In this document: piece by piece, positions 14,502 through 28,800 of the stretch
Numbering within the stretch: the stretch's first letter is position 1
Layout of the letters: every line of letters begins with the position of its first letter
Made by a program: the position numbers and the translations under genes
The notes under the pieces: generated by a model
The model's input: the letters and a program-made list of their open reading frames with translations, nothing else
What the model was told of the DNA's origin: nothing
Database searches by the model: none
Source: Ptychomitrium polyphyllum
Lineage: Eukaryota
Direction: 5' to 3'
Length of the DNA stretch: 64,000 bases
NCBI GenBank assembly: GCA_973851085.1
Contig: OZ316775.1
Span: 5,394,001 to 5,458,000 of the forward strand

Positions 14502-15949
14502 AAGAGTCTCACTAATTATTTCATCATCTAATAATTTAATTTTGATAGGAAATATAAAACAAGAGGTAGGGCTTGAAGGTAATAAGAGACCTTAATTTGA
14601 TGGTGGTTTCCTTGTGGTGTCCAATTGCATGGTCCCTACCATGACTGGACAGCCTTGTTTTCCAATTCCACCATTATGCCTTGAGCATTAAAAGCAGATC
14701 CTTTGATTTGGCAATTGCACACTTTATGTCCAGACTTGCCATAATACAAACATAGGTTTTCTCTTCAACGCCTTTTTTTTTCTTCTGAAGTCAAATGTCT
14801 AAACTAGGTAGCATCAATTTGCATAGGTTTTGGTCCTTGTGGTCGATTTTCTGATATTCTTGAAGAAGTGGTAGCCATGCTTTGATGTACTAGTCGCCAT
14901 CCCAAGCGTTATTCTTGGCGCCTCTCAAATAGTCTATTGTCACATGCTATTGTTTGAGTGATGAATTTGTCCAATGTTTCAACTCTTAGCATTGTGAGTA
15001 GCAAGTCCTTCACATTCTCTTTTAAGCCCCATTGGAATAGTGTGACTAAGGCCTTATCATTCCAATCAAGGTCGCAAGCTAGTTGCCGAAACTCTGCAGC
15101 ATATGTAATAATTGAGCATTGTCCTTGTTGCAAACCTTACATTCTTGTTTCAGCCACCCTTTCTTGATCGGTGTCTCTAAAAGTAGATGTCAATGCTTTT
15201 ATGAAAGCATTTATGTCGTTTATTAATGGTGATTGTTTTTCCATTAATGGTGTAAATCACAATAGTGCATTGTTTGATAAAAGAGTGGCCACAAATTCCA
15301 CTTGAATTGTGCCATCAGGATAGCAAGATTCATGCAAACTAAGGAAAAGCCTTACTTGTTGAATAAAGCCTCTCAATTTTGATCTTGATCCATCGAACTT
15401 ATTTGGCATGCTAATCTTTGGCTCTACATGGGTTCAACATAAGCCTTCTCTTCCAATATTGGCCTCTTGCAATCGAACAATCTCTTCATATAGACTTTGA
15501 ATATCACCATTGGATTCTTCAGCTTGTCAAGTATGTTGCTCTAAATTGTTGGTGGTGTTGAAGCGAACAAATTCTGTTCAAACTGTATTTAATAACTCTT
15601 GAAGGTTTGCAATAGTTGCAAATCTATTCTCTGATGTTTTAGGCACGTTATCCATTTTTTAAGACTGTCAAAGACAAGAAGACTATGAGTACCTTCAAAG
15701 CGGAATAATCTACGTTCTTTGAAAGATGTTGTTCCTTTGGAGCTTCTCTTCAATATATTGTGTAATTTCTATCTTTATTATTAAAACAAAAACAAGTTCA
15801 ATGAATCACTAACACTTGAAATGGTAATTCTATTAACTTAAGGTCATTACCAATTTATTATTAATATATAATCCATCTGATTTGCACTACGTATAAATTA
15901 CAACACGACAGCAGGTTGGAATTAAATGCTTAGGCTTTTAAAATCAATT

Positions 15950-16400
15950 GCTAAGCATAATTGGAATTTAGATGCTTCAACCAAAAGATAGATAAAAATA
16001 AAAAGCAAAAGAAAAAGATAGAGGTTGTTTTTTTTTTTGAATATATAGTTAGATAAGGATTTGATACAAAAGATTTGGAGCTAAGATAGAGAAATATAGC
16101 TGATGCAGAGTGATAAGGGGCGGATGTGGCGGTTTGACCACCTCCCTTTTCTTCTCTCTCGGCCTCTCCCACTAGAATAAGAAGGCAGCCCTTCTTTGGG
16201 TGAAATTTCATAGTATACTTCTTCAAATGGATTTATTTTTGTTGGATTTATTTTTTTTTATTTTAAACTTTTCAAAAAGCCATTATATGCTCCATTTAGA
16301 GTTAGTATGTGGTCGTGGCTTTAGTTTAAATAAAGTTAAGTTAGTTGCCTTGAGTTTCTGAGGGCAGCTATTTGAATGTTTGTAACTTCTTGTAGAAACA
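15950..16400 (+). mobile_element. Family D LTR-related fragment, inverted relative to the copies at about 20060-21005 and 56900-57826; ends approximate
   Basis: Shared motifs such as gatgtggcggttt (reverse complement aaaccgccacat); ORF 15951-16226 resembles ORF 57095-57328. Confidence 0.65.
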
Positions 16401-18209
16401 TCTTTTGTAAGTGAAATTTTGAGAAAAATGTTTAGATCACTTTAAAAAGATGGTATTAAAAATTGGTGATCATTGGACTTCTTGAGCAAAAGATACAAAG
16501 AAAAATGAAACCAAGGCTTAGAGGGCAGTGTATAGTAGAATTTGGAGTTGCACAATTTGGGTCATTGTAGATGATTGAAAGGATTTATAAGATTGATCTT
16601 TTAAAAAGGTGTTAATTATAAGATTTGTATTATGTATACAAAGTTTAAAGTTTGAGTTTGCGATAAATAGTGATTTATGAAGTAGTAAAGTGATAGGGGT
16701 ATAGAATTTGTAGCAATGAAGAATGTAAAGTTTGAAGTTATAGATCTTAGAGGGTACTAAGGATTTGGCAAGCAAAATTTATATATAGCATACTGAATGT
16801 TTCAAGAAGATTTTGTTAAAGTTTTAGATGCTTTGGATTAGTTTGCTAGAAGTTATAACATGTTTAGCATTTGGGATTTTCAATGCAACATAGAGGGAAA
16901 ATTTGGGTTAGGGTATTTGCTTCATTGGATGTTAGAAATAAAAACTCTTCAAGATTTTTGAGCTCAATCTATTAGATGCAAAAAGAAACGTTGTGTTTTG
17001 TATAGCTACGTTTTTCATTACAACAATGATACAATGACGCTGTGGCTTGACATTAGTCAAGAAATTACTTGCTGGCGCCTCGTACCATCCTTGAGCATAT
17101 AACAAGATGCAATGACCTCCAAAATCCGTGGTTATCACTACGACCTTTTTTTTACCACTTCATTTCTTTCTATTTTTTATTTTATTTTTTTGTCTCATTT
17201 TCAACTTCTTAATTGCAAACTAAATCTTCATAATAATTCATATAATTTTTATATATTGTAATTGTTCTAAGGTTAAAATAACCAGCTATATAAAAGGTCA
17301 ATTTAATTCACACAATTCTATTTAGGCTATTATTATCTAAATTGCGTTGTAATTCGAGTTTAGATTTTATCAGATTAAACTCAAATTCAAAATTATTCAA
17401 GTCTTCTCAATATTAGTGAACATTTAACTGGAAGTGTAGTAAAATAGCTATGTGTTGAAGTACTACTTATTTACTACAATTCCAATGATTTAATATGCTA
17501 AAAGGCTTTAATGAGTTGATTGGCCTTGATTTAAGAAAATATTTTTTCTTATTTAGTAGTTTAAACTACTAGCCACTAAGTTATTACTCTAATGAATTTC
17601 ACAACACTTTTTGCTTAAGGCAGCAAGATCTCCTCACACCAAATTGAATGCCACGGGAGCCTCACAGCTTCAAATCTTATGGTCTTAGTGTCTATAAAAC
17701 CGCAACTACTAGATCCAACTTCTTCCAAAATTTCAAAATCTGATCTCTAAAGGTAAGAGAAAAAACAACCAAAATCTGAGGGCAAGTTTTAACTCTAAGT
17801 AGGCGGAATGAAATCGCCCGCTGTAGACCTTGTCGCACCAAATTGGCCGCCACTCACGCCTTATAGCTCCAAATCTTAAGATATTTGTATGTATAAAATC
17901 TTCACAACTTGGCCTACTCTTTCCAACAATTCTTGCTCTGTTTTGAATTGTATGCGCGATGATTTGGCCTTCTAAAGTTGATTATCTTGAGCTGCGACAG
18001 CAGCCAACCTCCGTCTATTAAAAACGCCGCCACCACCTCGTCCCTTATTGGAATTGGGCGACCTTTAGCTTGTTAGAATCCTTACTTCTTCTACCTTCTA
18101 CCATTAAATATTCCACTTTCAAAACTATTGTCATTTTTTTGTAATATTTTGTCAAAGTTTTGGCATTTCGCACTTTTACCCTCACTCTCTTCTCTTACTT
18201 CTTCCTTCA

Positions 18210-18258
18210 GCCACCTTTTCTCTTTCTCGGCCACCTTTTCTCTTTCTCGGCCACCTTT
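18210..18258. repeat. 20-bp tandem repeat, about 2.5 copies
   Basis: gccaccttttctctttctcg repeated. Confidence 0.85.
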
Positions 18259-18899
18259 CTATATCTTAGCATTGTGCCCTAACTTTTGAACTCCAACACC
18301 TAATTTTAAAGTAAGCCGCCTTATCTCAATAACAAGGTGGACTCCTAACCAATCTCAGCCATTTCTAACTCCTTGCACTAACTTGGATGGTCATACTAAT
18401 TTAATTTATGTTCCAGCCTACTTAAAATTGACTTCAACTAAACCATCTAAGTTTACATTAAATAAATAATAATTTATTACAAATTTTTTATATCCTATTA
18501 CTGACTTGGTTCTAACTACTTGCAATATTTTTTTTTATTTTTTTTGTAGTTTGTTTGCATTTGATTATAGCAAGTGTTCTTTAGTTCTTTTAATCGAAAG
18601 AAATTCCTCTAGAACCTCCTTATTCAATTTCCTAATCTAACCATAATCCCTAATTATTAATCATTCTAAAATACTAATTAAGTCTGACCACTAATTCACT
18701 TCTTTGCCATAAGTAGCAGCTTCCATGATTTCTTGATATTTTTCATGGACTTAACTAGCTTAACCATCCTTAAGCTTAATTAGTCATTAGAATGACTCTA
18801 ACTAGTATTATTATAAGTCTATTTTCTACCAATTAATGCTAATAATTAACAATTAATGAAAATTGACTAATTGAGTTGATTCTTGACTTACACTTATTA

Positions 18900-19426
18900 A
18901 GTTAGGTAACAATTGAAATCAATAACTATCAAGTAAGCAATAATTGAATAATTTTAAAACACAATTTTTAATCTAATGAGAGTCAATTACATTAGTATTG
19001 GAATTGGTAAGCACCAAGCAACCTAAGACTAAGTAAGTCCTTACTGGATCTTATAAATTAGAAAAAATCATTATACGTAAGTTTATAGTTTATACTATTG
19101 AATGAAAAAGTATATTCATAAACTGCTATAGAACTTGCTAAGGTAAACAAACTTACATATAAGCATACACTCAAAGTTGAAATTGATAAAGAGAAGGAAT
19201 GGAGCGTATAACTTGTTTCATTGAAAGAAAACAAAATACAACACACCCTCAACTCTCTTGATTGAGATTTTAAATACTAGATCTAATATCCTATAAAAAT
19301 GAAACACATTTGTTTGTCTAAACTAATAGATTATTGATTATCATCCAATTGTTACTGTTGGAAAATATCTAATAGTATCGACTGAGGGAGATTGGTAGAA
19401 AAAGTATGGTAGTACCAGATATAACA
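18900..19426 (-). mobile_element. Family C old LTR remnant, homologous to about 40275-40825
   Basis: Collinear similarity, e.g. gagagtcaattaca and ggaatggagcgtataacttgttt; both end in gtacc(a/g)gatataaca, a TG terminus on the minus strand. Confidence 0.7.
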
Positions 19427-20059
19427 CTTGGTGTCATAATAAAAGAGCCTTGCTTTGAGAAAATACTAGGCTTTTGGCTGCTTTTAAGTATTCAACAATT
19501 TGACAAGATGGTAATTACCTAGTTCTTAAAGTGAAAGAATTCTTTAATCATGCTTTTTCAACTTTGTAAAGATCACAACCTAAACCCAAACCATAACTAC
19601 ATATTGCCATCATAAGCCTGCTTACAATTTTGCTCATATTTCTTATTATAAGAATTTAATGAATTTGATATTTAGACACTATGTTTTTAAGAATTTTATA
19701 AAACTTTAATAAATGTTTCATAACCATAGCTACTGTAAGCATTGAAAACCATGCTTTCAAAGTTCTCACTTCCCAACGCCATAGCTCGTGGACCCCCTGT
19801 ATTTAACTACTTCATAATTCACTTTCTATTGCAAGCCTAGAATTTAAAATTTACCTACACAATATTAATCTTACAATAAATACTTCATCAAAATATCAAC
19901 TTCAAAAATTATTTCAATACTCTCTTATGACCCAAAATATACAACTCCAACTCTACAGTATACAACACTTAAAATCTCAACTACAATTTTTTTTATATCT
20001 TCCACTATTTAAGCTCTTTTTCTCCAAATTTTTTCAATATCATCTTAAAGTAGTTAAAA

Positions 20060-22039
20060 TAATACCCTCCAAATTTCATTACTAAATGCTAAATACACAA
20101 AAACGCTATAAGCACTCAAAGCAGCTGCTTCTTGAAATTCAAAGCAATTGACTCAACTTCACTCAAACTAGAGCCACGATCACATACTAACTTCAAATGG
20201 AGTATGTAATAATATTATAGAGAGCTAAAAAAAATTAAAAAAAAAATCCAACAAAAATCAATTCAAAATAAGAAGTGTACTATGAAATATGATCAATGGA
20301 AGGACTTGCTTAAGTAACAAGTCGGAGAAGCCAAAAGAGAAGAAGAAGGTGGTGGATAAACCGCCACATTTGCCTCTTATCAATTCCCACCAGCCTTAAC
20401 TCTATACATCAGCCCTTGAACTCCTTTATCCAATTCTTATTTAATTATATCTTTAAATAATAAACAACCTAAATCCTTTTCTTTTGCGTTTTATTATTTT
20501 CTTTTATTTCCTTTGGTTGAAACTTCTAGGTTCCAAACTATAAAGGAAAAAAAAACCAATTCTCACAAATCTAAAGTAGGAAACTAAAATTAAAATGAAA
20601 AGAAAAAAACAGGAAAAAGATTGAAGTTCAATGAACAGAAAATCACTATTGAAGCAGAATCAAACACCAAGCCACGAACTTGATTGACTGGATAAACTTC
20701 AGCTGACGAACATGTCAAGTTTGATTCTTGTTGGGTTTGTTGATTGAGATGGCGGCACTTGGCTTGGTATTGCTAGTGAAAATGGCAAGCAGAAAAATAA
20801 CACAATCAACCGGTGCCTTCACCTTGAGCTAAAACAAGATGTAGTTCTACCTCCAAGACACTCAAAATTATGGTTTCACCACAATCCTTTTCACCTAATT
20901 TTTCTTTTCATCCTAATGCTCCTTTCTAAAACAAAATAAATCAAAATCCACAAAATAATACATATTAGCTAAATTTTAAGCAATGTAACTATTTACAGCA
21001 CAACATCCACCCCCTCCAAACTTGCACATCCTCTAGTATGTGCTATCATCAAAATCAGCTTTTTCTTCTTTAATTTTTATTAAAAATTCATCATCATCTT
21101 CACTTCTTTGATCATATTGTTGAAGTTCATCAAGGTTTTCAATCAAGAACCATCCATCTCTCTTTCTAAATATCTTCACCCTTTTTTCAACTATTGGGTG
21201 TTTATATTGTGGTTCCATCAAGCTCAAACAAAGAATAAGTGGCATTATTGTGGACATTAGTTATCATGTATGGTCCAAATCACTTCTTCACAAATTTCTT
21301 TGTAGTATTATGCTAATATTCCAAGCTACTATCATGAGCTAGAATCTAATCTCTAGTTTGAATAGGCTTTGGCCTCAACCTATGAGTTTTATCAAACCTC
21401 CTTATTCTTCAACCTTGCTTCCTTTAACCTCTTAGTTGCGACTTTGAAATACTAAGGTAATCTTTCCAGTTGTTGGATTCAAAGCTCTAATAAGCTTTTT
21501 CTATCAACACCATCCTTCCATAAAAAAAACATCTATAAAGGGAATTATTCTTCAAGTGACATCATTGGTTTTATTCCTAGCATCAACTCAATAGGCATGT
21601 AACTAGTAACTTTGCTATGAAAAGTTTTATCAGCCTACAAAGCAAATGGTAGTAGTTTAGGCCACTGAATTTGCATATTCTTACATGTTTTTACCAATGC
21701 ATGAATGATAGGAAGATGACCCCTTTTACTCTTCTCATTAGCTTCAAGATTACAAGAAGTAATCAATTTTACTTGAACTCCATACCTCTTGAAGAAATCT
21801 CTTGCCTCAATAGCATCTTCTCTTGCCAACATCAAGTAATTTATGCCTCAAAGTCCTGATGGCATAGCTACCAAATCTAATAACCATTGAAAATGAATAG
21901 AAGGTGGATAGGTGGGATGAAGCTCAATTTTGTATCTTACCTTGGACTGCAATTGGCATTCTATACATGAGCTAACAAAACCCTCCACATCCTTGTATAG
22001 ACCCTTCCACCAGTACCTCTTTTTTATTTCGGTATATAA
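20060..22039 (-). mobile_element. Family D old Gypsy 3' end: integrase remnant 21033-22039, PPT 21006-21017, LTR starting at 21005 and running leftwards (far end uncertain)
   Basis: YTEIKKRYWWKGLYKDVEGFVSSCIECQ zinc-finger part plus integrase core fragments; ggagggggtgga is followed by TGTTGTG on the minus strand. Confidence 0.8.
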
Positions 22040-22882
22040 CATCACGGACATGGATCATGCAACATAGTCCATAGAACATTCTAGAAATTTTTGATTTATT
22101 ATACTAACTTTTTAGAATATTTTTGAACGACTCTATAACCTTTCCATGTTTTAAAGAAGCTTCTTAGAACAAATCCACTACCTTAGCATACTTCCTAGAA
22201 AGACTCCATCATTTAAGGTAATTTCCTAAGAAACTTCTTAAGAAAAGTTCCACCAATTTAGAAAACTTCCTAGAAAGGTTCTACCTCTTATAAAAACTTC
22301 CTAAGAATGTTCTGCTATCTTAAAAAACTTCCTAAAAAGGTTCCAATATCTTAGGAAACTTCCATGGAAGGTTCCAATTCTTTGGAAGCTTTTGAAGAAG
22401 GTTCCAACATCTCAGAAAACTTCTTAGGAACGTTTCCAAGACTTCTAAAAAGGTTTTTAAGCCTTATAGGAAGCTTCTTTAGAAATATCCTAGAATATTC
22501 AAGCGTCATAGTATAAATAGGAGGCAAGACAAGGTATTCCTTAGTTTTTTCAACACTAATTGTAGATCATTTTGAATCCTGCCTTATTTATAATCTCTGT
22601 ATTAAGTTCTTCTTAATCATTAGCTCTTTGGAAGCTAATTCATAGAAAATACTTCGTTTTTGCTTCTTATTTCTTAAATTTCCTAATAGTTTAGTAAGAC
22701 TATTCTTCATCTTGGTTAGAGCTAAGGTTCATTGAAAAAAATTGTGAATTACACATCTTCATTAGGATTCTATAGCGTCTCAGAGGTTGCACATTATTCT
22801 CCTCTAAGCTAGCACTATAGAGTTGGTTTTTGATTCTGGAATCAAATAATACTTCTTTCAAAGCACATGGACTATCCTCCTC

Positions 22883-25800
22883 TGAAGGTACTCATAGTCT
22901 TCTTGTCTTTGACAGTCTTAAAAAATGGATAACGTGCCTAAAACATCAGAGAATAGATTTGCAACTATTGCAAACCTTCAAGAGTTATTAAATACAGTTT
23001 GAACAGAATTTGTTCGCTTCAACACCACCAACAATTTAGAGCAACATACTTGACAAGCTGAAGAATCCAATGGTGATATTCAAAGTCTATATGAAGAGAT
23101 TGTTCGATTGCAAGAGGCCAATATTGGAAGAGAAGGCTTATGTTGAACCCATGTAGAGCCAAAGATTAGCATGCCAAATAAGTTCGATGGATCAAGATCA
23201 AAATTGAGAGGCTTTATTCAACAAGTAAGGCTTTTCCTTAGTTTGCATGAATCTTGCTATCCTGATGGCACAATTCAAGTGGAATTTGTGGCCACTCTTT
23301 TATCAAACAATGCACTATTGTGATTTACACCATTAATGGAAAAACAATCACCATTAATAAACGACATAAATGCTTTCATAAAAGCATTGACATCTACTTT
23401 TAGAGACACCGATCAAGAAAGGGTGGCTGAAACAAGAATGTAAGGTTTGCAACAAGGACAATGCTCAATTATTACATATGCTGCAGAGTTTCGGCAACTA
23501 GCTTGCGACCTTGATTGGAATGATAAGGCCTTAGTCACACTATTCCAATGGGGCTTAAAAGAGAATGTGAAGGACTTGCTACTCACAATGCTAAGAGTTG
23601 AAACATTGGACAAATTCATCACTCAAACAATAGCATGTGACAATAGACTATTTGAGAGGCGCCAAGAATAACGCTTGGGATGGCGACTAGTACATCAAAG
23701 CATGGCTACCACTTCTTCAAGAATATCAGAAAATCGACCACAAGGACCAAAACCTATGCAAATTGATGCTACCTAGTTTAGACATTTGACTTCAGAAGAA
23801 AAAAAAAGGCGTTGAAGAGAAAACCTATGTTTGTATTATGGCAAGTCTGGACATAAAGTGTGCAATTGCCAAATCAAAGGATCTGCTTTTAATGCTCAAG
23901 GCATAATGGTGGAATTGGAAAACAAGGCTGTCCAGTCATGGTAGGGACCATGCAATTGGACACCACAAGGAAACCACCATCAAATTAAGGTCTCTTATTA
24001 CCTTCAAGCCCTACCTCTTGTTTTATATTTCCTATCAAAATTAAATTATTAGATGATGAAATAATTAGTGAGACTCTTTGTCGCAACCCTTGTAATGTAC
24101 CTTAACAAACGTCACGGGCGGCAATCCTGTACACCCCCACATGCACTTGATTAACCCCCGTTTTCACTCTCCGAGTCCTCGTATTATTTCTCTTAGGACA
24201 TCCAAATGATTGGTAGCCAATGATTAAGTGCGGACTTTCATTCATGTCCAAGGCCTCACTTGGTGTTACTTCCATTTTACACAGCCTAACTGCACTTAGT
24301 GGTGTCTCCTCACCACCACTCATGATCTCCATGTGATCCTAAGATCACCCCGGGCCATCATGACGCTGACGTGAAGACACCACTCCAATGTAGTAGTAAC
24401 AAGCTTGCACTTGTTATCTCACTAGTTCTCTTTGTAAAACCGGTCATCCACCGACTCACAATGGTGTGGGAGTTCCCATAGTGAAGCCCCAACACTAGCT
24501 CCACCAACCGGGACTCACCTTTGGTTCCTATTGGGACACTAGAGAAGTAGGGAGGGGGACCAGCCCTCCCCTATAGTACTCTTTGTGGAATTTGGCAGGG
24601 CTCCTGGCCCTCTGTAGTTGGCTGAACCCCGACACACCCAAACTTTTGGAAGACCATCCGATCTCCCTTGGCACTTAGCTGCTGGAAAGCTCCGGGACTT
24701 CTTGCGGACCTTTAGGGAGCCATATCTTTCACGTTTGGTGTCCAAATCAATCGAGCGACCACTCTATTGTCATTACTCTTTGCGTAGATGCCGATAGATT
24801 CTTCACACGTCCAATTTGAATTAGTATTGTGGGAGATACTCCTCTCCCAAGGTTCGGGACTCCCGGGGAGTCCCTACCTGGATTGTCCCAGTCCAGTACG
24901 GTCATTGTCTAGGACTGCCACAGTCCAGAACAGCCCCTTGGCAACTCCAACTTTGGGATGCCCTATCTTTGAGCTCCCTTGTCCGATTTGAGCAATCTTT
25001 AGCATTCTAGAATCAACTCTTTGTGAGCAATCCAATGCCTGTGATTTCTCCATTGTGGCCCTTGGTTTACATGGGCAAGGATATATCTGCCACTCGGGGT
25101 CCTTCCCACACTAGGTCCACTCGGTTCCCTTCACTATCGGCGCCACAAGTTCCAAACAACACTCCGAAATCCTCCTTGTGCTCTTAGTGTTGCGGGTACT
25201 CCTCAAGGAGAGTTGCGCGACACTCTTTTAGACATTCATGCAATGGCATGTTTCATGGACAAGGATTTTGCAACCAAACATCACATGGTACTTGTGAATA
25301 AAAAATACCTCGCACATGTTGAAGTTATTGATGGACAATCTCTTGCATCTAGCAACGTTATTAAAGGAACTCAACCTTTGGAGGTTTTTTTAGGGGACCA
25401 GGCATCTAAAATTGTCTTCAACATCATTTAATGCCAAACAAATCCTATTGTCTTGGGCCTTCCTTGGTTTGAATTATATAATCCAGACATTGATTGGCGC
25501 TCACGGAGTGTGGTCTCAAGGGAAAGACGTCAAGGTACGAGAAATCTTGGACCATCATTTATTAGAGCTAAGGCATTCATGAGAGCGGCGAAAGATGAAC
25601 CAATCTATGCCATTTATGCTACACCAATGTCTAGCTCTATAGTAGAGACTAATAAAAACATACCTCGTCAATATCAAGATTATAAAGACGTTTTTTAACA
25701 AAAGAATGCGGACGTATTACCAAAGCACCGGCCTTATGATTATACCATTGAGTTGCAAAAAGAAGCCCAACCACCTTTTGGACGTATTTATAACTTATTA

Positions 25801-28800
25801 CAAACCGAGTTGATTGCCTTGAGAGAATATATTGATGAAAACCTAGGAAAGATTTCATTCAACATTCTAAATCACTTGCTAGAGCATCCGTTCTATTTGT
25901 AAAGAAGAAAGATGGATCATTATGTATGTGCTTGGACTATTGAGGCGTCAATAAAGGAACAAAAAAGAATCGCTATCCATTACCATTAATCTCAAGACTC
26001 CTACAACAATTTGGCCAAGCAAAAATATTCACCAAAATTAATCTTAGAGGAGCCTACAATCTTGTATACATCAAAGAAGGAGACGAATGGAAGACAGCTT
26101 TTTGATCTAAGTATGGTCATTTTGAATACAATGTCATGTCTTTTGGCCTTACTAATGCCCCTGCAGTCTTCCAATACATGATGAATGATATCTTTCATTA
26201 ACATTTGGACAATTTTGTAGTCATCTACTTGGATGACATTTTGATATATTCAAAGGATGAACAAGACTACAAATGTCATGTGCAACTAATCCTAAAAAAA
26301 CTACGCCAACAAGGATTATATGCCAAATTAGAAAAATGCCTTTTCCATAAATTTCCGGTTGAATTTTTACGCTACATTATTTCCAAAAGAAGAATCCATA
26401 TTGATGAACAGAAAATAAGCACTTTTTTGAAGTGGAGTACGCCAAGATCAATTTAAGATGTTCAATACTTTTTGGAATTAGCAAACTTCTACATTATATT
26501 CATCAAGGATTATTCCAAAATTGCGGCACCATTTACACATCTTATGGGGAAGTAAAAATTCACTTGGAATGAAGAGGCGGAAAAAGCATTTTAAGGTCTT
26601 AAAAAGTCATTCACATCAGCTCTAATCCTTATTCATCCAAACCCATCAAAGTCTTTCTATTTGGAAGCAGATGCCTCAGATTTTGCGCTTGGCTCAATAC
26701 TCTCATAATATGATGAAGACGGGAGATTTCACCCTCTTGCCTTTTGTTCAAGGAAGTTTTCAGCGGCAGAGATCAATTATGATATCCATGATAAAGAACT
26801 ACTTGCAATTGTGGATGCGTTTGAGGAATGGCAACACTTGTTGGAAATAACTCAACATACCATCACGATATACACAGGCCACAAGAATTTGGAGTATTTT
26901 ATGAGTGCGCGCATTTTGAATCGCCGTCAAGCAAGGTGGAGTATGTCGCTTTCCATATTTGACTTTGTCATTATTTATTGACCTGGTAGCCTATAAGGTA
27001 AGTCAAATGCCTTATTTCGAAGATCTTATTTAGCTTTTCAACCTAGAGATGATGTTTTGGATCAATAAATACTATTTTATTGAAGCCAGAGCATCTTCAA
27101 TTGAAAGCGGCGATTATTACTACAACATCTCATTTTGACAAAATTTAGAAGGCTTTGAAGAATGATGTCTTTGTTTCAAATATAAGGAAGCGCCTCAAAG
27201 ACAATGGAGATCCTTCAAATAGTGATGAGGACTTTGAATTCCAAGAAGGCCTATTTTATTATAAAGGACTTTTGTACCTACCTCCAAGCCCTTTAGGAAC
27301 TAAAATAAGCTCCCACTAGTTTGAAGACTCACTTTATTCACACATTCCTAATTTCATGTGATGTTATGATTTGCGTTGTTATATAAGATTTCATATGCCT
27401 AATTTGTATTGTAGATTATGTGAAGCCAAAATTGACTTTGACCTAACCCTAATCCTAACCCTAATGGATCAACTTGGATGAACTTAGATTAAGGTTTTTA
27501 TCATCTAAGGTTTAAAAGATAAAAAATAGAGGTAGAAATAAAAGTAAAAAAGTAAAAAGACATAATATTCATCTAAAGGAAAAAATAATAAAAAATAGAA
27601 GTAATTATAGTTAAATTTTATGGTAAAATAAATGAGGAAGGGGTTCACTCAAGGAACAAGTCAATGCAATAAAAACAAAGGAAAGAAAAACAACCCGGGG
27701 ATGCTCCAATCAAGGCAGCAGGCCCCCTTTCACAAAACAGGTTGTGGTTTCTTTGTCTTGAACACAATTCTTGCGTGCTTGCAATCCTTGAAAAGCTAAC
27801 TTAAGGAGCTAACAGCCACAAAAATTTTAGCTTCAAGCTCGCTGTAGTTCGCTCGGAACCGTCCTTCAAAGTTGGTCCTCTAAATTGAAAGGAGGGCAGC
27901 AAACCCCCACTACCAAATTGGCCGCCATTTCTTCCATACTTCTTCAAATTGAACATTTTTTGGCTTGTTGAAAAGCCTATAATCTCTTCTACAAACTTTG
28001 CAAATTATAGGTTCTACACTTGCACAATGAAAGACTGGCGGCCCAAAATCCGAACCCTATTTGCTGTAGTAACCTCCAAAGCACCCTCCACTAAATTGCT
28101 TGTTTCTTCCTTGTTATAGCTCCAACTCAAGCATGCTTTAGCTTGTTGAAAAGCCTGTAATCTTTTCTAGAAACCACTTAAATCAATGCTTCTACACTTG
28201 TACAATGAGGGATTGACGGCCCAAAATCCGAACCCTAGTTGTTGCCTTTCATGCTCCAATACTAACTTCTCTTGCTCATAACTAACTGGTATTTGCTAAA
28301 AATTAGTTGTGTCAAACTAATGGTCTAAGTACTCCAAAATTTAACCCTAAGTTTAACTATTTTTTGCTCAAAAGACTAAGTGGTGTGCTCCAAACTAACT
28401 CTTGTTTGTTAAAGAAAACCTAAGTATGGCTTTGCTTGCCTTCTCCCCCTTTTTATAGGGAACCTCACTTCTCTACTCCATTTTTTCATTAGTTGCTGAA
28501 ATTTCTAGGGTACTTGACCATAATTCATACTTTGATTTTTCTCTAAATGTAGCTTCTTTTCTAAATTTAGCTGTTGTTCTAAAATCAGCAGCAGTTGTAG
28601 ATTTTTCCTATCATTCTAAATTTAGCTGCAATTCTAAAATCAACAGCAACTGTATCCAAGTTGTAGAATTCATCTTTTCTTTTATAGTTCCATTCTTGCA
28701 TTGGCCTTAAGTGCTATGGACCATGAGCATCTGCCTACTTGCCCTTTAATTCCCTTGATAACAACTATAATCCAACTTCTTTTGTCCTAATTAGACCTAA

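Larger units (their letters stand above)
8139..15697. repeat. Left arm of a 7559-bp near-perfect inverted repeat (partner 22883-30441)
   Basis: Every ORF here has an identical mirror ORF with coordinate sum 38580; boundaries read base by base. Confidence 0.95.
7492..15730 (-). mobile_element. Family B Ty3/Gypsy chromovirus copy B1 (decayed, 5' LTR missing): gag, protease, RT, RNase H, integrase, chromodomain, 3' LTR about 7492-7917
   Basis: Fragmented ORFs with YLDD (12124-12375), integrase core (8813-9703), chromodomain [17 protein letters not shown] (8507-8791) and gag (14909-15133). PPT-like tract at 7918-7930 next to the LTR terminus. Confidence 0.9.

Noticed and set aside
22150..22500. 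CRISPR-like appearance of the 33-bp palindromic repeats
   Set aside because: No unique spacers, no cas genes, eukaryotic context; they are LTR U3 tandem repeats.
22713..22724. ttggttagagc / ttgtcagagc in the family B leader resembling a tRNA-iMet PBS
   Set aside because: It lies about 25 nt from the LTR end and lacks TGGTATC in every copy; the LTR-adjacent self-complementary motif fits a PBS position better.
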